From the NCBI GenBank assembly GCA_009103225.1, contig RHPI01000026.1, positions 79,957-143,956 of the forward strand: 64,000 nt of DNA. The letters run 5' to 3'. How positions within the stretch are numbered: the stretch's first letter is position 1; each line of letters starts with the position of its first letter. The stretch is from Chlorokybus atmophyticus. Taxonomy: Eukaryota > Plantae > Mesostigma and Chlorokybus algae. The notes under the pieces were generated by a model. That model was not told the DNA's origin and made no database searches. It worked only from the letters and a program-made list of their open reading frames with translations. Position numbers and translations under genes: made by a program. Positions 1 through 12,733 of the stretch are shown here, piece after piece.

Positions 1-392
1 GACTGTCACGAAGTGAGCATCCATCCAGCGGCATTAGACAAGAAAGCTTAAATCTCAAAGCCACTTAAGTCCGTAAGGCCACGTTTTTAACAACGTAATG
101 TTACAGCGATTGGCTTATAAATTTGCAAATGCGATTGTTCAAACACGTTACACAAATGCGTTATCATGCAGTTAAATATAAAAAACATTTATGTGTCGGA
201 GTTCAACTAAAAACAATAAATTGCAACATATTTAGATCATAATCAACGTGGTACTAGATTACAAATACAACAATTGCATTTTGCATGATTATAGGGTAAA
301 TTGGGCTTGGTATTTCACTTTAATGAGCGCAGATTAAAAATCTTTGCATTTATAAATGCCTTCAAAGCACCTCGTTAAAAAAGTGTGATTAT

Positions 393-395
<3 letters not shown>

Positions 396-457
<62 letters not shown>
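396..457. repeat. (CT)n microsatellite
   Basis: Uninterrupted CT dinucleotide run read directly. Confidence 0.98.
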
Positions 458-458
<1 letters not shown>

Positions 459-1221
459 ACATAATCAAGTAAATTGATGTACTCGTTAAAAAGATTCCGA
501 TAATAAGCAAACAAAGGCATAAGCTATTTTATTTATGATTGCATATACACCATACATTGAAGCTAATTTATTACAATATATGGTGTCCAGTACGTCCCAT
601 GCATAGCATGCAATGTCCACATTCCACAAGCGCATACACACAAGCACACAGCAGAGCTATGCAGCAAAAGTAAGGCCGGGCATCCACTAGTTAGCTGGTT
701 AGCTAGTAGTGAACACTATATGCCATAGCTAAGTGCTTGTGTGCGGAGGGGATGGGAGGTGTCGTCGATCAGACAATGTAGCAGGCAAGCAAAAGCTACC
801 TGGTGTGCACAGCCGCTGGTTAGCAGAGGTTGTCATAGGGAGCAGCCAGAGTATCCAAAGCAGCAACAGCACAGCAAGGCAGGTAAAGTCAGCGGGTGGG
901 GCGGATGTGGTGCAGTGCTGCAATGTGTAAGTGGCGCCGCCTGTAGGTGTTTCCCCCGCGCTGGTGCTTGTATAAGACTGGTTTGCTGCTAGGTAAAGTG
1001 GCTGCAGGCAAAAGCAATGTCAACTATGGTAGCTTTGTAATGTAGGTCAATTAGATCAGGTCGGCACCAACAAGTAGCCAGCCCAATAATATCTCAGCAA
1101 CATAAGTGCTAGGCCATGACCGACAATTGGTCCAGCACAGCAAGCATAGGCAACACACACGACACAGTGTATGTGGGCAGCAAGCTGTGCCCCACACGTG
1201 GGGTAGTACACTTACCTGTAC

Positions 1222-2557
1222 CTACCTGTTTTTTAATGATGCACACCGTCGTGCCATTAACATGTAGAGTCGTTTGTAGGACACGCCATAAGTTTCGCCT
1301 TGCATCCTGTACATCTTTGCACATAGCTTAGCCAGTAAGGAATCCATAGCGTAACCATATGACTGCACGTCCCATAGCAAATGTACCATTTCAATAATGA
1401 AGTGCTCACGCAAAGTGTATATGCGTGTAAACCTCACGAATGATGAAACAACCATACTTAGTTTTGCGAACTTGGCAGTGATTCTGTCCGGGTGGGGTGC
1501 TCTGCGACTTGAAAGAATGAACCGAAATGGGGCAGTGTTGAGCTTATTGTACACACGCGTGCACAACTTAACAACTGGTGACTGAAACACAAGTAAGTCC
1601 TCGAAAAGAATACTGACACCACGTGCAGCCTCTGTTGGTGTCAGCATGTGCCTTGGGGAAATGCCACCACATGGTGCTGCTGGGTCAAGATACATGCAAG
1701 CAGTCATTTCAGGCAAGTTCATCACAAACAAGTCATCAACATACCGCAACACGCTACGTGCAAACCAAAGCGCCAGAGGTTTTCGTCCCGCCGCGTATAG
1801 TTTGTGCGCAAAGTTCAACTCGTATGTTAGCAGGTCGTACTGAGCAATATATACCCCGACTTTATTGCCCATGCGGTATACCAATGACCTGACGGTGCAA
1901 CTAAGCTTTGATTGTTTCCACAAACATGTTAGCAATTATTATTGCTACCTGTTTGTACCTCGGAGGTACTCAAGCATGGCATTCAAGCCGCTGTGAACAC
2001 CCACATAATGCCTTCCCTCGTTACTGTTATACCCCTCACCCAGGTGTGGGTGACGATGCCTTCCTGAATGTTGATATGCAAGTGTATCTTACGGTGTGAA
2101 CGATGCACGCAATTAAACACTCTGTTAACCAATGACTTCATGCTCACCATCAAATTAATATGCGCCAGGTTAGTGTATAACGTTGTTACATTTTAATGAT
2201 TGCAGCATGAGGTGCTCACGCTTTTGTTGTGGGGTCCTCCTCGTGTTGATGTGCAATTGAAGCCGGGCAAAGCCTAGGGAGGCCTTCGATATCCAGCTTT
2301 GCAGCTGCTCCCCCAGCGCCTCACTCACTCGAAAACACAACAATGATATCAGTCATACTCTTGTACGACCTCGTCAGCAAGATAAATGCATCAGCCAAGG
2401 TCATAGCGCAAGCAGCGGCAATTGAACGTGGCTTAAGAGGACTCCTGTGCAATTTGATAGTTATGTACAACTGCGGCACCCCCTCTTTAGTTGAAACAAA
2501 AGCCATGCGCGATGTTGTAAGCTTGGTGTCGGCCCAGCACGTCCTATATTGTGTCAT
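1222..2557 (-). mobile_element. Degenerate Penelope-like retroelement (PLE) reverse transcriptase relic
   Basis: Minus-strand pieces give PLE RT motifs in the expected order: PQLYITIKLHRSPLKPRSIA (2557-2321 ORF), TLYTNLAH (about 2190-2165), RQVIGIP+MGNKVG (GIPMG split by a frameshift near 1880), RYVDDLF, FEDLLV..TRVYNK, and thumb-like SSFVRFTRIY..GY. In-frame stops and frameshifts are present; no introns. No GIY-YIG domain recognised. Confidence 0.8.
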
Positions 2558-3682
2558 GTCAAATTTTTGTATAATATATATTTAATATTAATAATAGTGC
2601 AATAACACTTGCTTTTTATGCACCGATCGTAATCATTCATACTAGTGCCCCGAAGCTTGCTTTACTTGCAATAAATCTGTAAACAATAGTGCCATAAAGC
2701 TTGCTTTGGTTGAAACAATGACATTGGCAAAAGCTGGTCCTGGAACCCACCTAGTACCTGAGACTCCTTCCGGGAGCAGGACTAAGTACCTGATATTTTC
2801 ATCCTCTTCCGTTTGGACAAAAGCAGGGTGTCCTGTGCTTCAAACCTGGGTGAGCCCTCGTCCTAGGACTCGTAGGTCTGTCCTTTCAGAATCAGTGAAG
2901 TCATGCGTAAAAAGGGCCACTCGGGCAGTGGGATGGATTCCAAGATGCAAATTTCAACCAACGCATGCCCGTGCGTCACTTTCCGTGACGTCCGCGTCCG
3001 AACAGCAGACAGTCAGTGGGGCAAGGAATCCAGCATCTCTCGCTGACAGCTTTTGAAAGTTCAGACGGGCGGCGGGATCGCGATAAACACTTTCAAGCCC
3101 AGGACGCGGCCGTAAAACTGCCAATCCCCGCGGATATCAATCCCTCGCCGGGTTACTCTTGCCACGATACAACCAACGTCACCGACTGCGCTTTGACCGA
3201 GGAAGTTGCCAGGTTGACGCATCGCCACGGCAGCTTTCGCGGTCGCGAGACATTACCGCCGTTGGATATACATCACACGGCTGGACTGCTTCCACGGCCA
3301 CGCTACAGTGACTAGCATCCGTTTGCGCGTGCGCGTCAGCAGACAGCGCGGCCTGTTGATATCGCACTGGCGCCCGATATCAGCAGTAGAATGCTCCTTT
3401 GCAGATTCTTGTGTCCTTGTGATGCTTCGAAGGAATTTGGCGGGTGCAGCATCCAGCTGAGGCGGCGGTACAGGCGGCAGCGTCGTGGAGGTCGTTGGGG
3501 TGGTTGGCGCGGGAATCTGCTTGTTGCGTGACAGTTGATCAGTTGAGAGGCAGCGTAATTCGAAGCCTTCCCGCCATACGGCATGCTATGTGGGTTGGGG
3601 GTGCCACGTGTGAGCGCAGCTGGTAGCAGCGGACTGCCCTTGTGCTGGAAGCTACCTTTGAGCGTGGGCGGCGGTGGGGCAA

Positions 3683-6600
3683 ATGGCGTGCGCTGCGGTG
3701 GCGGCGGCGGTGGATGTGGGGCACTGGGTTCAGGGAGGTTTGTCAAAGGAGGCTGCTGGAGCGAGCAAGGGTGGCTTGGGACCGACGTTTGTAGGTAGGA
3801 GGGCTAAGCGGCCAGCCAGGGCAAGGCGATCTGCCACTTGGCGCTCAACGGCACTGCCGGCATTGGCAGCCGCCGCTGCTGGACCGGCTGGTACAGGTGG
3901 CGGGCCTCCTCTTCCTCAGCCTCGCCCTCCTCGAGCGCATGTCCGACAGGTTGGTTGATGCTTGCATACAATGTACCAGTATGCGATCTTCCACCGGCAT
4001 GCACAGTGAAATAGTCAGCCCACCTGCGATTGCCACCCCTCACCATGCCATGCTTCACGATCTAGCATGTCTTGCTGGGCACGCTATTGCACAGCTAGCG
4101 ATGATCATCTCGCGCTTTAACCCAGAACAGGCACACAGGCAAACAGATGTGTGTGGGGCACACTCAACAGTCATTGTTTCCTTTGGGTTGATGCATCGAC
4201 ATTAGTGCTGACGATCTAGCATGCCTTGCTCCGCGAATCAGCCATTATGTCCAGTTTGCTGACACCAGGTGTATGTTCTGCACGCCACTGCATGATGTGT
4301 GAGCAACGGACAGTTTTCACGCTGGGCTTGTTGCTGAAGGTCTGCACTGAGTTACAAGACAATAATAGGATTGCAAACTCGTACCGTGTGCTAGCGTCAG
4401 CAGCTTGTAGCTGTTGCAACTGTGCATACTTCGTCAGGTCGCTACCAATGGCACAGAGTTGATAGCGTATGCTGAGGATCCAAGCGATGATGAAGGTGCA
4501 GCCGCTTGGCATCACAACAGTGCTGCCGTTGGCATCGAGGTGGAGGTGACTGTCGATGAGGAGGAAGGGGACCTTGCTCCTGCTTCCATTAGCAAGACGA
4601 CGACTTCAGCTACCTTCGCTGTACCAGTAGCCAGCGGCTTCAACAACAAGGTAGTTTCACGTTGGTTGGAGACCCACAGGGTGATTGCAGTGGTAGTGAG
4701 CTGATGTTGTCTTCAGCGTTAAGTGTCAGCTTGCGCCTCATACCGCAATCTCCTGGCAAGCGAAGTATTCTTATAGGCTGTAGTCATTCAACATCCAGGC
4801 TGTTATTGTATGCTGCATTGTTCCAACTGCAGGCAGTTCAAGCATTGTCGCAATTGGGGCAAGTTCTAATCGCAAGCACTCATGATTGCATTTCGCACAG
4901 TCAGCAGGACTGCACTGGTTCACAAGTAGTTTATGTATGTCTTTTGGTATACTTACAGGAGCTGCGCAAGCTGTTGAAGTTGCTGCCATTGGAAGTGCGT
5001 CAACGCCTTGACAATCATCCTGATTTGGAGGAACTGATTGAGGTACAGTACATGTTCATTATTATTCAAAACGCAGCATATTATGTGCTCATACCTACAT
5101 ACTTTGCGTAGATTGTTTTGGACTTGGGAAGGCAGCCCATTGCAAGGTTTCCCAGTGGTGATGAAGTTCTCGGGAACAACCCTGTAACACTACAAGACCT
5201 GCAGTATGCGATTGAGAAGGTGAGGCTTGCTGCTACTGGCATGACGCTCCTGTTTATTGCCAAATGTGGAAAATGCGGTGCATGCCTGACCTTGAGCTGC
5301 ATGTGGTAGGTTGGCGACTTTGGGGAGGACAATAGGGCAGGCATTGATAGAACGCTGCATCGCATTAGTGCTATTCGGAATAGGCGGGGACGGGTAGTGG
5401 GGCTAACATGCAGAGTAGGCCGAGCGATCAAGGGCTCTGCTGCAATGGTCCGTGACCTTGTTGAAACTGGCTCCTCGCTGCTGCTTATGGGCAGACCAGG
5501 TTTGTGGTGTTGTCACAACGAGACAGAGACACACAGACATGTGAGGGTCCCAAACCCACCAGTTGTACTTGGTATTGGCAGGTGTGGGCAAGACAACAGC
5601 CATCCGTGAAATTGCTCGCTTGCTAGCAGATGACTATGGACGACGCGTTGTCATCGTTGACACCTCAAATGAGATTGGTGGAGATGGTGATATTCCTCAT
5701 CCTGGCGTGGGGCGAGCTCGACGCATGCAGGTGACCATCTCATTGCCAGCCATAGCGCTTAGTGGCATGTCTGTAGCTATAGCATTGCGGTGCTATCGCT
5801 TGCTATCAAGGTGTTGTTGTGATGCTGACCTAAAGTTACATGTCATGCGTACAGGTTCCCTCACCTGAGCTGCAGCACCAGGTCATGATAGAAGCTGTTG
5901 AGAACCACATGCCACAGGTACTGCACATCCCTGCACCACCACCACCACCAAACAGCACCATGTCCCGCGCACCAGTTCTTCACACACAATGTTTTTCTCC
6001 AATCAGGTCATTGTTATCGATGAGATTGGCACGGAATTGGAGTGCCTGGCTGCACGAACAATTGCACAGCGAGGTGTGCAGCTGGTAGCCACTGCACATG
6101 GAAACACCATAGATAACCTGATCAAGAACCCCTCCCTGCAAGACCTCGTTGGTGGCATTGCGTAAGTCGTTTTTGCCCGTGTTGCATTGCTCAAGGTCTT
6201 CTACTCATACCTTGACACAAGGCGTGGCATTGCAGGAGTGTCACTCTTGGCGATGAGGAAGCGCGCAGGAGAGGTGTACAAAAGAGTGTGTTGGAGCGAA
6301 AGGCTCCGCCAACTTTCACTTGCGCAGTTGAGATGATAGAAACAAAGAGCTGGAGGGTGCACACCAGTGTTGCGCAAACTGTTGATTCGCTTCTCAGCAG
6401 CAATATCCCGAGAGTGGAGGTACTTGCACTCGCATTCTCAGTGGCAGCTGCCACGTTCATCTGCCTTGCTGTAGGTCATATGCAATCTGCTTCTGATGTA
6501 AGGAACAACGTGTACTCCGCATTGATGTGAGTTCATTGGTGCACCCATGGAGGGGCAGGGGAAAATTGACATCTCAGATTGACTGAGCTGCATACTTGGG

Positions 6601-7511
6601 CTGTGATACTCATGGTGTATGGTTGCAGGTCCGTACCATGACAGATGATAATAACATCACAGTATCCAATGAAGATTGGATGCCATGGGATGGGCTGAAG
6701 GATGCAGAGCGGCTGAACGGACGCTTGACCAGCAGCTTGAGTGGCAGGCTAAGCGCATATAGCCCTGGCAGGGAGTTTTCCGCACCTGCTGCACCACCTG
6801 CTGCAGACATTCCTCGTCCTAATGGCGTGGCGCCCCCAGCCTTGCAGTTGTTCACTTATTCTATCAGTGAAGAAGCGCTTGAGCAGGTGTGCTCAATTAT
6901 GTACATGCTGCAAAGCTTGTGCATGCATACGATGTAGTGTGCCATAGCACGCCATGACTGTTCTTAGCGTGGACATTGTTCAGGTGGTTGACGCTCTTGG
7001 CATGGGAGACGCTATCTGCTTGACCGATGATATCAACTCGGCAGATGCTGTCCTGGCCTTGCGCTCCAGATTAAGGCAGAACACATGGGTTAGGGAGACT
7101 GCCAGGGAGAGGTCGCTGCCAATCTACGCAATCAAGGCCAACACGATGGCGCAGATGGTTCGCGCAGTGCGAACAATTCTAGGCATTGACCCGTCTGCAG
7201 GCAGTGCGTTTGGGTCTTCTACAGATTCGCCGCTGGTCCCAAGGGCTACTGCAGAGGATGAGATTGATGCCTTGGAGGAGGCGCGCCTCGTTGTCGAGCA
7301 GATAGTCATTCCCAAAAGCCAGCCTGCTGAGCTGTTGCCGAGGTCGCAGGAGATAATGCACCTGCAAATGAAGCTTGTTGAGGGCTACCAGCTTCGGTGT
7401 GAGCTTTGCGGACATGAGCCCAACTGCAGACTGCGGATTCTGCCAGCATTTGAGCAAGTGAATGGCGTGCATGGCGGTGCTGTCTCTGATGCACAGGGCG
7501 TTGGTGCCTAG
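3683..7511 (+). CDS. ycf45: Nuclear-encoded Ycf45-family AAA+ ATPase with C-terminal R3H-like region, probably plastid-targeted
   Basis: Spliced exons give [15 protein letters not shown]|[14 protein letters not shown], Walker [57 protein letters not shown] and C-terminal [18 protein letters not shown], with stop at 7511. Exon 1 (3683-3949, Ala/Arg-rich) and exon 2 (4438-4650) are in phase but less certain. Confidence 0.9.
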
Positions 7512-8747
7512 CTGCTGCTCACTTCTATGGAGCCTTTACCTTGGGGTTCATCCATGACATTGATATACAGCCACAGCTGCACATTGTTGACGAGCCAGTT
7601 GTGAATACACCCCGTAGAGTAGTTGCTTGCGTCCTTGGCTCACGCTGCTGTGTCGCAATAGCTGGCCAGTTAGCACATAGCACTGCATTCTTGTACAGGC
7701 AGTTGGATTCTGGTTAGGTGGGAGGTAGGGGTTGCAGCTTTGGTATTGGTTGGCAGTCATGCCAATGCGCTTGGTATGCACTCGCCAACTTGACTTGGTA
7801 ATAACCATATTCATGTTCTGCAACACATGGTGTGGCATTGATTACACCAACCTATTCTGATTGCGTCTTAAAACTTGTGCAAGCAATGCAATACATGCAG
7901 CTGGGTGTGGTGGTAACAGACTGCGCGTTCTAACCTGCCGAATGCAGCCGCTAGATTGCCAGTGACAGTGATGGCTACTGAAGCAGCAATGGTGGCCGCT
8001 GGGCTTGAGGCTGTAGCCATTGTCAAGACCAGTCGTACTTGCTGCAGCGTGCCGTGGACATGGCTGAAGCGCTGGTGCTGATGCTGGCAGGTGATCCCTG
8101 CTCCTTGCTACCGTTCTCCCCTTCCCCTAGCCCCCTCCCTTCCTCGCTTGCGTCTAGCTAGCAGACGGCCCCCCACCCCGAGTTGATGCTGCTGCTGTGT
8201 TGTGATGCCTTTGCACTGCTGCATATAATGCCATTTGCCTTGCCCTGTATCACGGCCCCTCGACTGTTGTGCCTTATGCATGTAGTAGGGTAATGTACAA
8301 ATGCAACTGTCGTATGATGGCTTTGTGGAGGTGCTACTCCCACGGTGGGTCTTACAAGGTGGTAGGTCGCTTTCCCGTACAAGCAGCAGGGGCCAATTGC
8401 AACTTGACATCGACATTGGGGGCAGATTGTGCAACAAGACAAGGCGAAGTAGGGAGGGTTAGGAAGGTGATGAACCCAACATCAATGTCTAAATCATTAG
8501 TAAGGTGCATGCAAACCAAGCAAATGTCAATCACTTTATGCTGTTGTGACAATGTTGTTGCAACGAAGTATTACATTGTCATTACAGCTACTCAACTTGC
8601 GCAGTAAGTCTGACAGGCAACCATCTGGTGACACGCTTTATAGTACAGCCACACGCGGCCCCTTCAGGGACCCTCTAGGGGTACAACACAGTAATAGCTA
8701 GTTATAGTCTAGATACTAACAAACGAACACTTCAACAACGCATCCCA

Positions 8748-11094
8748 TCATGAGCTTTCACGAGGTGTGAAGCCAAAGGAGGCAACTTGTTTACTGTGAA
8801 TGGAGGAAGGAGACAGTGCGGCAACTTGGCAAGCAGAATCCATGGCGCTGGCCTCAACCTCCATGGGTTGCAAGCCACTTGAATTGTCCCCTTCCTTGTT
8901 GATGTTGTGGACAGCAATTGCGTTTGTGCCAGCTGCCGTACAGGATGTTGACGGTGCAGCAGCCTGGTCAGCAATAAGTGAGGTTGAGGTAGGGTCTGAT
9001 GGAGGTGAAGGCAAATGCTGGATAGACAACAATGGCTCCAGAGTTGTGGTTGCCTCCAGAAGTGCAATGGGTGGCTGAGCTGGTTGCTGCTGTGAAGGTG
9101 ACAAGGATATAGGTGCTACGGTTACGGAGCTGTCTCGTTGGGCATCTGAATTTGCCACCCATGCATCTGATGAAGCGGCTGGTGTGGTGTTGACATGCGA
9201 ACCAGGATCACTGACTGAGGCTGGCAGGGCGTCGGTAGCAGCCGCAGCTTGTTGAAAGGGACGTTCAGGTTCTGGCGGCTGGAGAGGTGAAACGCATGGT
9301 GCAGCTGTGTCCGGAATGCGTGGCGGAGATGAGCCTTGTGCATCGGGTGATGGCGAGGGGAGTGCTCCGGCTGGTGCTGCGTGGTCAACTGGAGAGGGCT
9401 TTGGTGTCAGCAGCTGGATGTCCTCCTCCAGCTTTGCCAACTGCCACGCAACACAACATGCCATACACATGAGCCATGCCTTGGTGCAAGTTTCGACATT
9501 GATGTGCACATGAAGTCGCATAATGAATGGTTGATAGTTGTGATGACCACTCAGGAAGACTGAGGTGATGTGCATGCAAAGAGAATCTCTTGTCAATGAG
9601 CACAAAACTGCAAGCAAAATGTACATAGCATACCTGTGCAGCACCGCAGTTCATGTCCTGCATAAGGTGGATGAACCCTTGGTAGCATTCAACTGGAGGC
9701 GGGGTTGTTGCATAACATCGAATGGCGTGATGCCTATAAGCGCAAAACACAATGTTAGCCACACGCCTCGATCAGTCACTGCATACAATGGATTGAGGCA
9801 CATGACACTACGCACCGGAAGATTTCCCAGGAGCGACTGAGGCAAGCAGCAGCCTCATCCCCACGACCTCGTCCCCAATAGAAGCGAGCCATGTGCAACA
9901 GGGCCTTGCCGACCTGTGATAAGCGCACAGCCACGATGTTAGCTTGCAACTCGCCAGCTAGCCTTTGTGAGTTGTTCATGCAAGAGCTTGCAGAAAAAAA
10001 AATGACAGCAAGTTCTCAGATGAAGTGCAGCTTATTGATGCAGCTGAGCCCTCACCTCAGGGTGAAATGAGCCCCGGGATTTCTCTAGTGCTTGCAGCGC
10101 GCGAATGTAAAGCGGCTCTTCATCAATAACGCCACCAGTCAACATTTTTGGAGCAAGTTTGCCAGCTGTAGAGCTAGACAACAAATGTACCATGTTAGCA
10201 CATTCAGTGGCAGACAACTTACCAACAAAGATCAGCAACAAGCAGGTGCACAGCCTATCGCATATTAAGCAGAGACTTGGTACAGTGCACTGAACACTGA
10301 TCACGTAGATGGCCGCGTGGTCAGCATGTGCGCAGAACACCAGTAGCGCGCAAGCCACACACTTCACATAGCTGCTGCCGAAATACGTACCTGCTACTTC
10401 TGTAAGGGTGAAACCGAGAAGACTCCTCCCGCTCCCCACCATTCGCTGTGCTGGCATGCAAGGCCTTGCTGGCTTCAGGATCGCCGCAAGCCGATGTCCG
10501 TGTTGGTGATGATGTTGTCGCAGTCTCTTCTGATGAAGCATCTGGCATGCGGCACAAACATCAATGTTTGAAACAGAAAACGCGCATATTGCTGCACAAG
10601 CTGAAGCTTACGCAAGCAGTGTGCACTCCGTCAATTTTGACTGGGAACCGCAACTGTGTCACTACACACTACTGTGTCACAACATTTGCAAACAAAGCAA
10701 TCACCCTTGACAATTTTGTACAGAGCACTATACAAAATGATGAAATCTGCCCTGGAACCTATCGTGAGTGGACTGCTGCATGTGTAGACATGCAGCGAGA
10801 GCAGCCACGTAAGCAAAAGTACTCACCTGCCACATCATTGCTGCCGTTTTGCTGCCGCCTTCCAACTCGAGCCTGCTTCTCCCTGCCCCTGCTTGTGCCC
10901 GCTTCCCCGCCTTCACCTGCTGCAGCCTCAAGCAGCAACGCCAGTCGAGCATCATTTGTACTACTCTGCTGCTGCTGCTGCCGGGTCCGCCGTCGCTGGC
11001 GCTGCTGTGCAGGTTGCTGCGTTCGCTGCTGGCGCGCTTCCTCCTCCGAGTCACCGCGAGTGCGGGGCTTGCGAGGAACCATTGTGGCAGGCAT
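8748..11094 (-). CDS. Uncharacterised protein with a kinesin-light-chain-type TPR motif and long low-complexity tail
   Basis: Joined exons near 10190-10060 and 9920-9820 read EEPLYIRALQALEKSRGSFHPE|VGKALLHMARFYWGRGRGDEAAACLSRSWEIF, matching the EPLYxRALxxxEKxxGxxHPxV TPR pattern. A long Pro/Ala/Ser-rich exon runs about 9435-8748. Start and end are uncertain. Confidence 0.55.
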
Positions 11095-12733
11095 TTACCC
11101 TGAGAAAAGGAAGGAAGAGGCAACATTTACTGCTGCACTGACAACCTCACGAAAAGGGTTGCTCGCATAACCCTATGAAACCACAGACCTCTTGACCAAT
11201 GTGCAGTACACAGTAGAGACAGCTACTGTAGATGCCCAAAACTACCTATTGACGCTGAGTATTATTTCACTTGGTTTTGCATGGGACAACCTAGCCTCAA
11301 ACGAGCTGCTTTCGACTTGTGATCTAGAGGCAGCAAGTAAACAAGCTCGCTGGCTCGTGTGCTAGAGACAACTCAACTCTGCCTGCGAAGGTCTTGCCCA
11401 TCTCATGACTAAGATGTTGGCCGTAGTGGACTTGCGTGTGTGTACCGCAGGAGTAAGGCATGTAACCAAGCGTTTGCGTTTGACTCGTTTTTGCTGCATG
11501 CGGGGGCATTGGTGAGTCTGAAGCAAGCTGTTGAACCAAACGCACTGCATTGTGTACCAGCTACACTGTCAGAAAACACGAGCTGTGTCTAGCAGGCCAG
11601 CGCTGCTTTGCCTGCCAGCATGAAGACACAACGGGAGAGAGCAGCCAGCATGCTGACGGAAGCACAAGCAGTAACACCTCCGAGACCACTTTGCAGCAAC
11701 ACCCAACAAGACGACAGCAGTCTAAGGCCGCAGCCCATGACACCAGGCCAGCACGTACCAGGCCACGCCAAACCAAGCTGGAGCTTGCCAGCTTGCACTA
11801 TTCACCACATGAGAACACCAGCTCCAGCCACTAGGAAGCGTTGTACAGTACAATGCAAAGCTTTCCTCAGCCGACCTTCACCACGCAGCACACCGGCGGC
11901 GGCGACGACGGCGAGCCTCTCCCGCGCATGCGCCAAATTTGCAGAGTCAATTTTATTTCTGTGCTGAACGCTGAAGTGTTCTTTCCAGCCGCGGGGCGAG
12001 GAATAAATTATAAATACAAGTAAGCACCAAAGCGGTCGTCTAAACGTACGAAATTTAACTTAGCCGCGGTTACGAATCGCCGGTTTAAGACATACCCGCG
12101 GTTACGCCTCCCGGCAATCTATTAACGGAAGGCAGTCAAAACACGCCACCGCGGTTTAGCTTTGACTACGGTCTGGAGCGTCTGCCAAGTCCGACCCACT
12201 GACTTTACTGAGGTCCACATGGCGGGTGACGTGACGTCACAATGTACACCGCCCGTTACGTATCGCAGTTCAAAAAGCCGAGATGCGGTGTCTCAGGTAC
12301 AGCGCCTCAGATACGCAGCGTTTTGTGCCGTAACGCGTCATCGTCCCAGTTCCAGCGCAATCCGTATTGCCCCGACTCGATACAGGAAACCAGTTTAGTA
12401 CCCTTTTATGAACGTGGCAGACAAGCGTGAGCGTGGGAAACAGCCAAATGCCTGTGGCAACCGCCAGCTGTGATGTGTTGGGGATGATGTGACAAGCTGA
12501 AACAGCAAGTAGCACAATGAAACCCTAACTTGTTTCCAGTACTGTGTGCCTCAGAGGATAAGTACGGCGGTGACGGAGGCGGGGAGGACGTTGCTGGTGT
12601 CGGTGGCGGGGGATGTCTGGAGCGGCTTGGTGTTCTGGTGGCTTGCTCTGCGCGTCAGGAGAGAGGAGGTACAGCTGACATAGGAACGGGGTGGTCGTGT
12701 GTTCTGCGAGGAGGTTGTTTTGTTTCCACCGCG

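Noticed and set aside
700-3700. Hammerhead ribozyme or GIY-YIG endonuclease of the PLE
   Set aside because: No CUGANGA...GAAA core or GIY-YIG motif was found by eye on either strand.
7950-8550. Additional minus-strand exons of the TPR gene
   Set aside because: Several open frames exist but there is no consistent splice chain past the stop at 8748.
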